A DNA stretch of 64,000 nt from Eledone cirrhosa (GCA_964016885.1 OZ024742.1:329096001-329160000); one strand, 5' to 3'; shown: positions 45,588-61,892, counted from the first letter of the stretch. Notes: generated by a model not told the origin, from the sequence alone. Translations and numbers: made by a program.

Positions 45588-48500
45588 CAAACAAACTTAT
45601 ATATATGCATACAAACATACATATATATATATATACATATACAGTATGTATATATAAATAAATGAATATATATATATATATAGAGAGAGAGATATATATA
45701 TACATATACACTATGTATATATAAATAAATGACTAAATATATATATATATATATATATATTTATTCATTTATTTATATTTAACTACACGCACACACACAC
45801 ATATATAGGAATTGTATGACAAAACATCATTGAACTTTAGATGACAAGATGCGATTCAAATCATATGTTTTTAAGACAGCCAACACTGGAAGCGCGTAAT
45901 ATGTGCAAAAATCAAAGAAACAAAGAAAAAAATACGTACAAATTTTTTCCATTTAAAACGGAGTATGGCTATAAATGAAGTAACTGTGACGAAGTAATGC
46001 TGAAGTTGTATGAAATGTTAAACATATCATGTACATTGGTAAAATGCCAAACATAGCTTTGTTATTTTCTTAGATTCCACGCCTCTCTCTGCTAAAGGAC
46101 CCAGAACCGTTCATGTAAACGGATGTGTTATTTTTATACGTTTTATTGCATAACATGACGGTAGGTTTAAATGTATGTGTTATTTTACGCACACACACAC
46201 ACTCACACGCACACACACATTCACGCATACACGCACCCATATATATATATTGATAGGGGAGTAGTGTATTGGTAGAACAGTAACATTAGTAAAAAAGTTT
46301 AAAAAAACCAATAGAAACAGCCATAACGACTCCATTAACAACATAAACACAAGAGAAACATTATTTTAAGATGAAAGGTCAACATTTGAGTGAGAAGATT
46401 GGCAGCTCGGTTTAAGCGCTTGCATATATTTAGTAACCAGTCCGTTTTCACCTTGGTTAAACACATCTTGTAACCGTATTTTTAAAGAAATAGTTACATT
46501 ATTGAAGAATTCTGAAGGATTTACTAAAATTATATAAAATTAAGATTATGTTGGAAGTTTTTTATTTATATACTATCACTTTAGAACATTTGGATTTGTT
46601 TCATCGAATCAGAACCCGTTTTGTTCATGTTGGTAGCAATAGATTTACCTGCAGATATTGACCTGTATGTTATACATGTTTCTTATTAATCTCCGACGTC
46701 TACACAGAAGCCATGCCTCTTCTCACGGTTAACTTATTGCAAGCTCCAGTGACAACGTATGCTTTTCCAATTTAATCAGGGATATTAATGAGAATCGCAC
46801 AACCGTGTTATTTTTAAAGGCTCATGCGATTGTTCGGAAAGATGGAGGAATATATTCTAAAATTGTAGAATTAATCTGAATGTTCTTGGACCTATATGCG
46901 GCTAAACACTCCATAGATACTTGGTCCATGAAATAAATCGCTCGCTTGCCCATCTAAACTCTATATACAGCCAATAAAACAGGTGATGGGTTGATTTAAC
47001 AATCGAAGAAACTAACGCACTAAGAGAATTAATAAAACCCTATAACACATTTCGTGACACACTAACAACTGCGCAAATTTTTATAGATTGATTCCAAAAT
47101 GACGAATATCACAGCGTTATCCCGCCGAGGTTGACTTTGCCTTTTATCCTTACGGGTTCGATAAAATAAAGTACCAGTAATGCACTGGGTATTTGCTGGC
47201 CTTGTGCCTAAAGTAGAAACAGTTATTTGAGCTAAGACTTAGGGAATAGAACTAATATACTTTATGTCACGAACAGTAGCAATTACAACAGCTTTTTCGC
47301 GAATATCAGAGGAGGCAATCTGCTAAATCATGGGTTTCTTAAAGACTGCTGAAACTGTTAAGAAGAGAGAACATTTTCCTAAATCCAGTCATCTGAAAAA
47401 ATAAATTGAATCTATAACAAAAGGCCAGTCTTTTTAAATACTGTGTTAAGGTGACTCTTAATACGAATTATGTTAAGAGTCCACATGTTTGCGGAATACT
47501 TAGTTTCGTGTACGTTCATTTCACTAGTAGGTTGTTCGAACAATTGGAACACACTCGTCGCCGAGTTAATGTGGTGTTAAATTACTCATAACTCCTGCAT
47601 TTTCTATACGACAGCATTGTCAATTCAGCCATAAGTAACTTACATAATACCTATAATTAGAATATATATTCACTGCAGTTCATGAACTAATTATTTAATA
47701 ATGTTTCGCCGGAAGTCCATATAAAGTCAAGTGCATATTAGAGATTATTTACAATATATTTTGTTAATCCTTTGAAATGTAATCCCTTTTTCTAAACAAC
47801 CACGCGTTTTAAAAATATGCTTAAACAAAACTACTTGTAATATGGAGGTGGGGGAGCATCGGGCAACATGCTTTATGGCATAGGTTTATGATCTGAGTTC
47901 AATTTACGATCTGAGTTCAATTCCTGCCGAGGTTAGCTTTGCTTTTCATCCTTACAGCGCCGATAAAGTAAAATACCAGAAATGCACTGGGGTAAATTTA
48001 ATCGACTTTCCCCTCACCCAAAATGGTTGGCATTGTGCCTATTCAGAAACCAATAGTTATGAGCTACAATTTTTAACGTATTTCATAAAGGCTTCAGATA
48101 AAAATTTGAAGTTCAGCACCCTTCTGCTTACTATTATTAGATACACGCCTTCAACACTTCTCTCAGATTTTTCATTTATTTTCTTTTGACTGCGAGATAC
48201 ATGAAACATGAAACGTTTATACAATTATTTTTTTCTAATTTTATTGTAATGCATTTTTCACTCATATATTTCCAATTTGCTTTCCCAAATCAATCTTAAC
48301 CGCATATCTCACAATGCTTCAGATAAAATATACTGATATATTTAACTATGATAACTTTTTAAAAGCCTTGGTTTATCGACGAATTAATACTCTAAGTGAA
48401 GGTATTTTACAGATTCCCATTATTCATACATCTATGGATCGCATTTCATACATTTAACTAAATACAGTTTTCTTTGTTATATTTCTGAGAAAGTAGCTAT

Positions 48501-49427
48501 CTTATGTGTGGCATGTTATTGTTTCTCACGAAATATTAAGTTATCACCGTCATTCTAGCAACCTATCGTAAAAGTAGGTTCTATTTCCTCGTTTACTTCT
48601 CTTTTATTTTATATTTTACTTCCTATTTCTGTTTATATATGTATTTATTTATTGGACGTAACCTATCAAGATTTCCATTAAACAATAAACCACATTCTTA
48701 GAAGATACTTTCGAATAAAATGGCCAAATTCTGACCACGCGGGGTAGCATATGTGAAAAACATTATATAAAAATGTGTACGTAAACATGTTCCCCCAAAA
48801 CTCATTGTGAAATAAATATCAAGCTTGAAAATTATTACTGGTGTGAATAGCCTGGGATAAAATCCGTATAAGTTAGTGTTAATGAGTGAAACCAATAAAA
48901 ATAATAAAAGAATAAAGACTGTCATATAAACAAGACAGATAATACAAAAAAAACCCCTACAAACACAATCGATCTTTGAAATTCCATAAACCATGTTCTG
49001 CAGTTAAGTGCCCATTCGCTGTTGGAGAGTGTAGCAAAAAAGTATACATTGGTTACATGAAGCAAAATATTGCAAAAATGGAAAAGAGAACTGGACAGCT
49101 GACTTCTATACAGCAGATGCATGAATGTTATAAAAGTGTGTATCCCCATATTAAGGCACCGGATGTAAAGATTCTACGTTTATTTGTCCAAATAAAATAC
49201 GCATATCAATAAAATATGGATATTCCGTTATACCTCATACACTAATAAATAGACAGAGAGCAAGTGAGAGAGAAAAAGAGAGAGAGATGAGAGCTATAAA
49301 TCGGTCAGGCTGGTTAACCAGCGTAAAATGTTTGAAACACCACACCATATATATACCAATATCTTCGTATTTACACACACGCACAAAGAGATATACGCGC
49401 ACGGAGACAGACACGCCCCACACTCAT

Positions 49428-49521
<94 letters not shown>

Positions 49522-49634
49522 GTATATATATATATATATATACTTTATATATATATATATATATATAAATATACTTTATATATATATATATATAATATTA
49601 ATAAATGGACACTATCTTTATAAAACCATATTTA

Positions 49635-49693
49635 TTTTATTATATATATTTCAAGGGTACCAACATTTTTTGGTACGCACTCATCAGAGAAAA
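49635..49693 (-). ncRNA. Type I hammerhead in foldback 49596-49921
   Basis: TTTTCT CTGATGA ..GTACCAA aaaatg TTGGTAC.. GAAA TATATA TA^ATAAAA. A degenerate plus copy lies at 49829-49881. Related to the 17.4 kb motif. Confidence 0.75.
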
Positions 49694-50086
49694 TACAAAA
49701 GTTCTTTTATAGATAGTGACATGTCCAAAAACAAGAACTTATCGTTTTAAGTTCTGATTGAATATTCAAACAGAACTTAAAACGATAAGTTCTTGTTCTT
49801 GAATATGTCACTATCTATAAAACAACATCTAATGATTGCGTACCAAAAAATGTTGGTACCCTTGAAATATATATAATAAAATAAATATGGTTTTATAAAG
49901 ATAGTGTCCATTTATTAATATAGTTTCCATTATTTCCATAATTTATAAATATAGTTACCATTAATATTATTGATATTATACTCCAGAAGAAATCTCTAGA
50001 TTGCTTCGAATCTGTTATAAATTAATTTGTTGAATAACCAACAAATAAAATGAAATATATATATATATTAAATAATATATTAAATA

Positions 50087-50133
<47 letters not shown>

Positions 50134-50825
50134 CTAAATGAGTAGGAATGAAGTGTCCATCATCATCAATATATTTATTCACTGTGTGACGCGCGTTCGA
50201 GAACGATCCGCTCAAGGTACAATCAATAGCGATCGTGTCTGACTCTGGAATCGATAGCTCATCAAACTATCGATTTCTTTATTGACAGGATATATATATA
50301 CGTAGTCATTTAAATTACCATTTCACATGCAGTTGTAGTGTCATGTCTTTCATTGGTTGGAGTGGAATCGAGTCTTAGGTAACTCCCACTCGGTTCTTTG
50401 CTGAAGCTGTCAAACGAACTTTCTGGTTTCGTAAATCAAACACCCTTACCCTATAAGTACCTCATTATTCAAATCTTCAGAGTCGGATATATAATGTTAA
50501 GCAATGGAATAATTAGTTAATTAATCCATAGTTTAATTAACCACTTCATCTTTACTATTCTATCATCATTTAACGTTATATAATATAATAGATAGAATAC
50601 ACATATATAAATACATTATACATGTTATATATATATATATATATATCTATATATATATATATATATATATTATAATAAATATATGATATATGAATAATAC
50701 ATATATATATATGTATATATGTTTTATGTATATAATATGTATTTATGTAATAAAAGCTAATGTAATACACATGCATGCGCACACATACACACACTCATAC
50801 GCAAACAAACATATATATATACATA

Positions 50826-50980
50826 TAGAACAAACGGGGGTGTTAATCCCCAGGGGGGCATTAAGCTTTATCACACTACAAATGCACTATATTTGGCTGA
50901 TGTGCTAAGTATAAATATGATGCATTTGTAATGTGGTGGAGATTAATGTCCCCTCGGGCTTAATACCCACGTTTGTCCTA
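50826..50980. repeat. Diverged MITE-like foldback flanked by TA
   Basis: tagaacaaacgggggtgttaa.. pairs with ..ttaatacccacgtttgtccta; no HHR seen. Confidence 0.65.
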
Positions 50981-50996
50981 TATATATATATATATG

Positions 50997-51042
<46 letters not shown>

Positions 51043-51465
51043 CGTGTGTGCGTATGTGTGTGTTCTATATATCAGTTTAATTTTCATGAAGCATCTTGAA
51101 ATATGTAATAGATAATATAATGTTTCTAAACCCGCTATAATACGGCTAGATATATAGAAATATAAAGATGGTTTTGTTGTACGAAACAAAATAATGTTAT
51201 ATCAAGTTAAACAACTTTTACTGTCACTTATGTGTATGTGAGGGTTTGAGTGACAGTACTAACACAGATCAGACACACATACGTAAGAACAGAACATCTT
51301 GTTTTTTTTTGCCTTCGTTTAAAAAGTATTACGAAGTATATTTGGTAATATATCATCCTTTACCCCCCCCCCCCCCCCCCTTCTGTACCACCTTTATATT
51401 TCAACTGGCTTCGTACCGGCTTTCCGAACACCTATTATTTATTACATACTCTCTCTCTCTCTCTT

Positions 51466-51561
<96 letters not shown>

Positions 51562-54080
51562 GAATGAATATTTTTATAATTCTTACATTAAATGGATTTA
51601 AATTATGTAAAATAATAAGGGTTTCGATTGGTATGTAAGTCGTTTCTAATAAAAAAAACGTTCCCCTATTCTGTGGACAATTAAACCTACGTGAATTTTC
51701 TGTCAAACTTTCTTCGCACATATTCGTTCGTTGTGAAGTACAGTTGTTGACGATAGAAATGGGTGTCAACAGATGAAGGTTCAATTTTCTGGTGAAACAA
51801 TTGAACCCTGATATTCTATGCTTATGGCTATTAACAGACTTATTTACGTTAGATATGAATAAAATATAATGCAGAAACAAAAAAAACACTCAATATTTAT
51901 TTAAGTGTTATTTTTTTGGAGGGGGGAGGGGCTTATTGCATTCTGTCATTTGCTGTTTGCTACCCTGGGCATCCCCTTAATTTACACAATCATATCGACG
52001 AGGGAACTTAGGTTTCATGTTTGCACTTATTTTATAGATCTCGTTTATGCCAAACCACTAAGATATAGGTCATAAACAACGGCATGACCATTCACATAGA
52101 CGCACCCAAAACAACACATCTGTACACACAAACTTATACACATACATTCACGGTGTTTTTCTGCAGTTTCCAACTACGAAACGCAATTTACAAGGTATTG
52201 GGCGACTCAAGACTACAGCGTGACTGAACCTAGAACCACGTGGTTGCGGAGCACTGCTTTAACCACAAAGCCATGCCTGGCTCTACAATATACGATTCTA
52301 TGTTGTTTATTAGGAAAAAGTAAATAAAATATAAGTTTCTAATATACGCAGATTGTGTGCAGCTCATAAACAGTTATGGTACTGATGCACTTCATGGCTA
52401 CTGAATAAAAGTAAGTATTCGAGGGATTGTAAGCTTTCAATCTTTGAGATGTGATTTTATGCTGTTGTCTCGTATTTGTTGTTTAGTTTCTAAAAGCAGA
52501 CATTGCAGTCTAAAGAGATTGAAAGCTCTGCGGGTTCACCTTCAATATCTTATAGTTACTTTGCCAGATGTTATATGTTGAAACTTGTAGTCAGCCAGGC
52601 AGCCAAATTACTTCCACACAATACCACTATACCATAACACCAATGCACAATCATACCACCACACTATCATGCTACACACCACAACAGTTCCACTAAAAAG
52701 ACAGGAAAAACTCAGCTCTCCCCACCATATATTCAAACAAAAACGAAATTGTATATAAACAAACACAACAAATAAATAAATGCAAATAAATCATCATCAA
52801 TAACAGCAGCATTAACATCGAGTAAAACAAAAATATCAATAATAATAACAACAACTACATCAACAATATATAATGCATGAAATAAAATAAAAGAATGAAT
52901 AAACAAACAAGAAGGAGTAGGGGACATTAACAAGAAGAAAAACAATATATATAACAATAACAAAAAGAAGACAAATTCTAACAACAACGACAAGATTAAC
53001 ACATCATTGACTTTGCAATGCTCTGATTGACGAGTGAACTGAGAATTATCTGTGAAAGATATTATATTGTTTTCACTTTGAAGGAAAATGGCAAATGCAG
53101 CTCTTAAGTTGCTACAAAGATGCCTACCCATAAGCACACTCCCACGCCCTGCCACCTCATCACTACCCCCATTTAGGTTACTACAGATATGCCTACTCAC
53201 AGACACACTCCCTCTCCCTGCTAACTCATCACTACCTCAATGCCTGCCTGCCTTGTAATTTTCCTTACACTTCATAGCTTACACCAGTTTTTTATATTAC
53301 ACCACTGGAGAAAAAAAAAATTCAGCTGAGCCAAAAATTCCTGCAATGTAAAACATTTAAAAAACAAATTTCGTTTTCGTGTGAGATTGGAAAACATTAA
53401 ACAACAAATACTATTTCCAGAGGGTTGATCATGAATATCTTAAGGTACAGCTCTGGAAATATTAACATATTTGCTCTAACTTTATGTAGAATATTGAAGT
53501 TGAGACGTGATAGAGTGAGGAGATAGGCATAGTCGAATTCTTAAGTAGTTTGCTCCTTAATCATTAAGTCACCGCCTCTTGGGAAAGTGTCATTTGTATA
53601 ATATTTGGTCGAGAAAAGACTTTGTAAGAGCAAATTCTTTAGAGGAAAACTGCATAGAAGCCTATCGGAGGGATTGTAGATGTAATTCAAGCCAATTCTT
53701 GTCAAGATGAATCAGCCAGAGAGTTACGGTAAAGGTACACCTTCGTTCATGCACAATTTTGTTTCGTTGGTCGAAGAACTGAGACAGTTGTAATCGAAAC
53801 CGAGGGAGATTCATTCTAATTTAGAAGTGATACAATCACGATAAACCAACTTCAAGTAAGTTTTTCAATTCGCATGTTAAGCTACTGTCATAAGTAATTA
53901 TATTATTGTTAAATAAGAAATTGACAGAGTCGATGGGCGTCGGTCATAATGCTTGCTGTATACATTCTGGCTGTTGTGACTCTAAGTATAAATCCTGCCA
54001 CGGACAACTTTACGTTTTATCATTCAGGGTCAATAGAATGTAAGTGGCATTCCGTTACCGGAGTCGACACAGGCTCTCTC

Positions 54081-54209
<129 letters not shown>

Positions 54210-54229
54210 TTAAATTATATATAGAGTTA

Positions 54230-54265
<36 letters not shown>

Positions 54266-54303
54266 TTAAATTATATAGAGTTAAATTATATATAGAGTTA
54301 AAT

Positions 54304-54341
<38 letters not shown>

Positions 54342-54342
<1 letters not shown>

Positions 54343-54911
54343 TTAAATTCTCATACTCTACAACAAATAACATAAAACAAAATATAAGTGCCTATAATGC
54401 ATATAAATGTAAGAAAACCATAAGTATACCACCAGTACATCAAATTAACCATAATATCTCCTCAAATACAGAATTAACGAAAGGTTGTAACTGTAGAAAC
54501 AAAGCAAACTGCCCATTAAAAGGGAATTGTCTTGTTAACAACATAGTCTATAAATGTAATGTTAAAACTAAAGATTCTATTTGCTCATATATAGGAGCTA
54601 CCTCTAACAATTATAAGACAAGGTTTAATACCCACAAGCATAGTTTTAAAAATGCCGCACTGGCTAATACAACATCTCTAGCAGAAAAAATCAATACTTA
54701 TAAAAATAAGAATATAGAATATGATTTGACCTGGAGTGTGCTCAAAAGAGCCACCCCTTATCAAAATAATAGAAATGAATGTAGATTATGTTCCCAAGAA
54801 CTATTTGAAATAATGAAATCTAAGGATATCCTATTAAATAAACGACAGGAATTAATTATATCGTGTAATCATAAACTAAAAAAAACATTTAAATATTATA
54901 AACCTAACTAA
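54342..54911 (+). pseudogene. C-terminal GIY-YIG endonuclease region of a 5'-truncated PLE
   Basis: Manual translation is open for ~190 codons: VKFSYSTTNN..CNCRNKANCPLKGNCLVNNIVYKC..SYIGATSNNYKTRFNTHKHSF..WSVLKRA..CRLCSQE..LLNKRQELIISCNHK. There is no start codon and the 5' end joins a microsatellite. Confidence 0.88.
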
Positions 54912-56274
54912 TAACATTATTTTAGAAATTAATTTAATTTAAATGTTAGTTAACCTATAAATTTAATTTAATTAAAATTCTATTACAGATGAGAATATAA
55001 AATATTGTGTAATCATAAATTGTGAAAAACTTTTAAATATTACTAATATATACTTAGTAATTTAATTTATAGATTAATTTTAATTTATTTAAACCTTTTA
55101 TTAAAATTCCTTTACAGATAAAATAAAACAAAATATCGTGTATCCAATGACAGAGAAATAATTTTTAGTATTATAGACCTAATTAATATACATTTTAGAA
55201 ATATATTTATAATTTGGTTTTAAATTTAGTCAACCTAAAAATTTAATTTAATTGGCTTAAAATTAGTATCCTTATACAGACGGATTGCAGAATGTCATGT
55301 AATCATAGAATGGGATGTGTTTTGGATATATACCTAGTTAATATATTCTTTGCAATTTTTGAAAAAATATGTATATGTAAGTATGTATGTGTATGTGTAT
55401 GCGTGTGTGTATGTGTGTATATATATATATATGTATATATGTATATATATGTATATATATATGTGTATGTATATGTATATGTATTTGTATTAATTTTGAT
55501 TTCTATTTGCATATAATTATATTCTGCTATTGATAAAATACAATATCTGTTTTATTTATTATATACCTAATTAACATATACTATAGAAATTAATATATAA
55601 TTTTTAATTTAGTTAACCTATAATTTATATTCTACTACCGATGTAATACTTTATTTGTTTTTTCCCTATTACTAAATTCATTTCCTAATATTGATACCAT
55701 AACGTTATTAACTTTAATTTAGTTATACTATAATTAATACTCTACTACTATTTAACTTCAAAATTCTGCTTCAAATATTATAAACCTAACTAATTTACAC
55801 CTTAGAAATCAATATGTTAACTATCTTTAGTTTAGTTAACATATAATTAATGGTATACTTATTTATTTTGAAATGCATAAATTTTGCCTTATTTCTTGTA
55901 TTTCCTAACACTAAAACTATGTAAAAACATACATTGGATCCAGATACAGATAATATTCTATGTTTCTTGAAACATATATTTACTATAATCCCCTTATCCA
56001 AACCCCCCCCTTTCCCCCATACTATTATCATCTGTGTTTGTAAGCGTGTATGTATGAATATATATGTAGGTAGGTGTATATATGTTTGGGTATTTATATC
56101 TGAATATAAAAATACATATATGCGCATGCAAATAAGAATGTAAGATTGTGTATATATATGTGTGTGTATGTATGGATATATGTGTATATGTGCATGTGTA
56201 TATGTATGTGTATGTGTATGTGTGTATGTATATATATGTGTATATGTGTATATGTGTGTGGGCGTGTATGTGTG

Positions 56275-56337
<63 letters not shown>

Positions 56338-56526
56338 ATGTATGTATGTATATATATGTGTGTGTATATATATGTATGTCTCTCTATTTATATGTCTATC
56401 TTCGTATCTATGTGGGTATATGTGTGTGTGTGCATGTATGCACATGTATGTGTTTACGTGTATATGTGTGTATGTGTATATATGTACGTGTGCGCACATA
56501 TATATGTGAGTGTGTGTGTGTGTGTG

Positions 56527-56565
<39 letters not shown>

Positions 56566-56592
56566 ATATATGTCTATATTCGTATGTGTATA

Positions 56593-56631
<39 letters not shown>

Positions 56632-56855
56632 TATTATTATAATATAACTTATGTGTATGTGTGTATATGTGAGGGTGTGTATATGTATATATATGTGTAT
56701 ATATATGTGTAAAAAAATATATATGTGTATGTCTGTTTTTTTTTTGTTTTTTTTTGTGTGTGTGTATATATATGTATGTGTATATATATGTGTATGTGTG
56801 TGTTTGTTTGTGTGTTTATGGTTGTATGTGTGTGTGGGTGTGTATATATATAAAT

Positions 56856-56897
<42 letters not shown>

Positions 56898-57224
56898 ATA
56901 TATATCTCTATTAATGCGTGTATATATGTATATGTATATGCCTTTTTCTTTGTATGTCTGAGTTGTGTGAGGGTGTAGTGGTGTTTGTATGTATATACGC
57001 ATATATGGATGTGTATGTATTTATGTATATGAGTATATGTAAATTCGTATGTAAGTATGAATATATATCTATTTCTATGTATGAGTATATATGTGTGTGT
57101 ATGTATGTTGTGTGTGTATGTATGTATGTGTCTATGTGTGTATATATATGTATATATGTGTGTGTATGTATGTATGTATGTGTATGTATGTACATATATG
57201 TCTATGTATGTGTGTATGTATATG

Positions 57225-57277
<53 letters not shown>

Positions 57278-57385
57278 TTATTTTATATATATGTGTGTGT
57301 GTGTATGTGTGTGTATGACTATATATGTATGTGTGTATGTATGTATATGTATGTGTGTGTACATGTATGTATGCGTGTGTATGTA

Positions 57386-57446
<61 letters not shown>

Positions 57447-58585
57447 ATATATATGTATATGTATCTCTATTTGTATATGTATATGTGTATAGGTATATAC
57501 CTTTTTCTTCGTATGTCTGAGTTGTGTGAGAGTGTAGTGGTGTTTGTATGTATATACCGATATATGGATGCGTAAGTATTTGTGTGTATGTATGTATGTA
57601 TGTCTGTATGTATTTGTGTGTATATATAGGTATGTATGTGTATATCTGTATGTATATAAGTATGTATGTGTATGTATATGTGCGTGTATGTGTGTATATA
57701 TATGTGTGTCTATATAGTATGTGTGATTATATATGTATATATGTGTGTATATATATATGTATATATATATATATATATATATTTATATGTATGTGTGTAT
57801 ATGTGTGTATGTGTGTATATGTATATGTTTATATATGTGTGTGTATGTATGTTCTAAGTGTGGTTGTGTGTATATGTATGTATATGTTTATATATATATG
57901 TATATATATATATATATATATGTATATGTATGTATGTGTATGTATATATATATATATATATATATTTTCTTGATATATTTCTTTTTTCTTTTTTCCTTTT
58001 CTTTTCTTTACTTTTTAATTTTTATTTTTATTTTCTTAGTTTATAGATACATCTATAATAAGCAGTCTGCCCAAACCGTTGAATACTGACCTCTCCCCCC
58101 CTCCCACCTAATTTATGTATCTTGATCTAAATGTGTGTGGCAGTGTTTATGTGAGTGAATTAATATCCATGTGTTTATGATGATATTATATCCACATATA
58201 TATATGTGAGTGGGGGTGTGTGTGTGTTTGTATGTTCGTAATTATGTGTATGTTTATGCATATACGCGCGCGTGTGTGTGATTGTACGGATATGTGTGAG
58301 TATGAGAATATGTGTATACACTTATTTCATATTTATGTGTCTATACGCATCTTATCTGTGCATTATAAACTTACAGAGACATTAACCTTGAAATTTTGTA
58401 TTTGCATCCATCCTTTTTGGTATGCGTATACATGTTGAGCATACATTTTTGTAAAATATGTGTAAGGGTAGTTACATGTATATACACACACCGAACTGCA
58501 TAAAACCTTTTTGTATTTTCATTGGTCAATTTTGTTCCCAAACGGATCTGAAATTTTGAATTGTTGTTATTATCAATAAATATAT

Positions 58586-58739
58586 TTCATTATTTCTGAA
58601 GACGGCGTATATATGTGTTGGTATGTATATTTAATCTTGATAGTTTGTATAATTTTGTATAATTTTGTACATAGATCTGTTGAATATGCATGCCAATTCT
58701 AACACATATATATCCTAGAAACGATCGTTAAATAATGAA
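58586..58739 (+). ncRNA. Type I hammerhead with a ~115-nt stem II domain
   Basis: TTCATTATTT CTGAAGA ..TATATATGTGTT...AACACATATATA.. GAAA CGATCG TT^AAATAATGAA; perfect 10-bp stem I. Confidence 0.8.
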
Positions 58740-59115
58740 CTTTTTTTGTTTAATATAAGGAACTGTTTCATTGTTTTATTCATTATTTGTTTAATATTTT
58801 ATCTTGACTCTGTATACCGTTTATCTTTCACCGAAAGTGATTTTTCATTACATCTCTTCTTTCCATGATATCCGAAATACATTGAGTTCTTCATACGGAT
58901 TGGACACTACCGTAAACTCTTGGTAGATTTATCTACATATATATATATATATATATTCTTACTCTTTCTATTTATCCCCCCTTTCTCTCTAGTTTTACAG
59001 AAACTTTCTGTGGTCTAACATCGGTGTGAATAGACACCGTTAAGATTAAAATGTCCGCCAAATGTTATTGGATCAGTGATAGGGCAAACTCTGTATTGAT
59101 ATAACAGATTTATAA

Positions 59116-59171
59116 CAATCCTTATAATGGTATTCTATTGCTGACGCAATAGAATACCATTATAAGGATTG
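59116..59171. repeat. Perfect 26-bp hairpin with a 4-nt loop
   Basis: CAATCCTTATAATGGTATTCTATTGC tgac GCAATAGAATACCATTATAAGGATTG. Confidence 0.9.
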
Positions 59172-60076
59172 CAGTGACGACGGTTTGGATCACTGTGCTC
59201 CTCCAATTTGAGTAATTGGCAGCCATACTTATTTCTCAATGGCTTACATAATTTTGTTGGATGGATGTATCATGAGTCGGTGCCATTTAACTAGTAATCA
59301 ATTACTATATTTCCAGGTAACTACGATAGTGTGGGAGCATCCACGCGAGTAATGGAAACTCTATACCAATAAGAGAGACTCTATTACAGCGAATGAAGAT
59401 CTACTAGAGTGAATGAAGATCTGCTATAGTGAATGAGATTCTACATTAATGTGGAGGACCCTATACGGAGGCTTGGCCTGCTATAAAATGTTGCACCTAT
59501 CTCTAAACGCACACCCTATTACCTTCGAAAAAATAAAATAAATAATGCAATAAATCCATAGAAATATGCATTGAATGTGGACTTCTGTGAACTACGCCTT
59601 GGAAAAAAACTAAAAGGATTGTCTCGACTGGAATGTTTTTGATTATGAGACTGCCCGATCAGGTGCAGACATGCGGGCCTAAATAAAAACAATTACAAGA
59701 AAAAAGAACATCATTATTTTGTATTATCGATTTCGGATATATTTGAACTGAGATCAGGAATGTTTATAAATAAATACACAACAAAACCTAAACTACATCT
59801 CCTTCCCTCGTCATCCTCCGTGGGGCCCTACTTCTATACATAGCTATACATTGTTGTATTATACTGTCGTATCATAATAAATCACAAGATAAATAGACGT
59901 TCAAAGCAATGGTGCGTGGTTTCATCTCTCTTTCTGGATAGATGCAGTATTGTCCATTTGATGCGGAATTTGCACTGTTCTGCAGTAATGCCTCTCTGAC
60001 AAATAAAAGTTACACATAAACATACACAAACACGTATACGCATACATATTTACATGCATATATAGCTACATCCATT

Positions 60077-60122
<46 letters not shown>

Positions 60123-60583
60123 CGCGTCTGAACACATATATATATATATATATAAATATATATATATATAAATATATATATATTTATAGATATATAGATA
60201 TATATGTGTGTGTATGTATGTATATATACACACATATATGTATGTACAGACATATAAGCATACAAACTCGCATATATACAACTTTATACACACAAAATCG
60301 AGGACATCCACAAACCAATATAAAACATGGACACAAACACATGAATACTTACGCACACGAACACAAATATATACTTAAAACCATAGTCTCAATAACAATA
60401 ACCCATGCACTATCTCCAACAGAGACATGAAGTAAGTTACACACATAAACATGTTGGATCAGTTGAAGTATTTCTCGTCAATGTCATTAAACACTTAAAG
60501 AATGGTTCGATAAATTATTGAATATACGACATTTTGTCACACTGAATAAACAAAATTGATTGGTTAGATATAACTGTCTGTAT

Positions 60584-60769
<186 letters not shown>

Positions 60770-60786
60770 GTATATATATATTTAGA

Positions 60787-60824
<38 letters not shown>

Positions 60825-60841
60825 TCTAAATATATATATAC

Positions 60842-60886
<45 letters not shown>

Positions 60887-60903
60887 CATATATATATATA
60901 TAC

Positions 60904-60951
<48 letters not shown>

Positions 60952-60976
60952 ATATATATATATATATATATGTATG

Positions 60977-61030
<54 letters not shown>

Positions 61031-61051
61031 TATATATACATATATATATAA

Positions 61052-61101
<50 letters not shown>

Positions 61102-61133
61102 GTATATATATATACATATATATATATATATAC

Positions 61134-61253
<120 letters not shown>

Positions 61254-61259
61254 ATATAC

Positions 61260-61290
<31 letters not shown>

Positions 61291-61333
61291 TCTATCTATC
61301 TATCTATCTCTCTCTATATATATACATATATAA

Positions 61334-61388
<55 letters not shown>

Positions 61389-61709
61389 TAAAACTTCTGT
61401 GGCTGTTTATCGCGGATAAAATAGCTGTCATTTATTGATCTATTGTTTCTTCATAGGTGGTCTTTAAACTTATAGCCTCGTTTAATTAATTTTTTGTGTG
61501 GTTAATTATACTGATTGGGAGAAGAAATACTGTATATATTTTATCAAATGATTCTATGGACTTACTTTCTTAGACATTGCACTGATTGTTGATTATTTAA
61601 TTAATTAATTCGTCATTGAGACACACCGTTTATGGTTGCCAAAAAGTCATATATATATATATATATATATGGATGTGTCTAGTTTATGATTATGTAAACC
61701 TATATATAT

Positions 61710-61855
<146 letters not shown>

Positions 61856-61857
61856 CA

Positions 61858-61890
<33 letters not shown>

Positions 61891-61892
<2 letters not shown>

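Larger units (their letters stand above)
54342..58937 (+). mobile_element. Probable full extent of the second PLE: endonuclease fragment, long repeat-rich 3' UTR and HHR-bearing terminus
   Basis: The ORF is followed on the same strand by tandem repeats, TG/TA-rich sequence, an HHR at 58586-58739 and a terminus at (TA)n. Continuity across 4 kb is inferred. Confidence 0.55.

Noticed and set aside
48698-49212. Short non-repetitive ORFs (also 27639-28186 and 41762-42247)
   Set aside because: No recognisable motifs; cannot be supported as exons or transposase remnants without a search.
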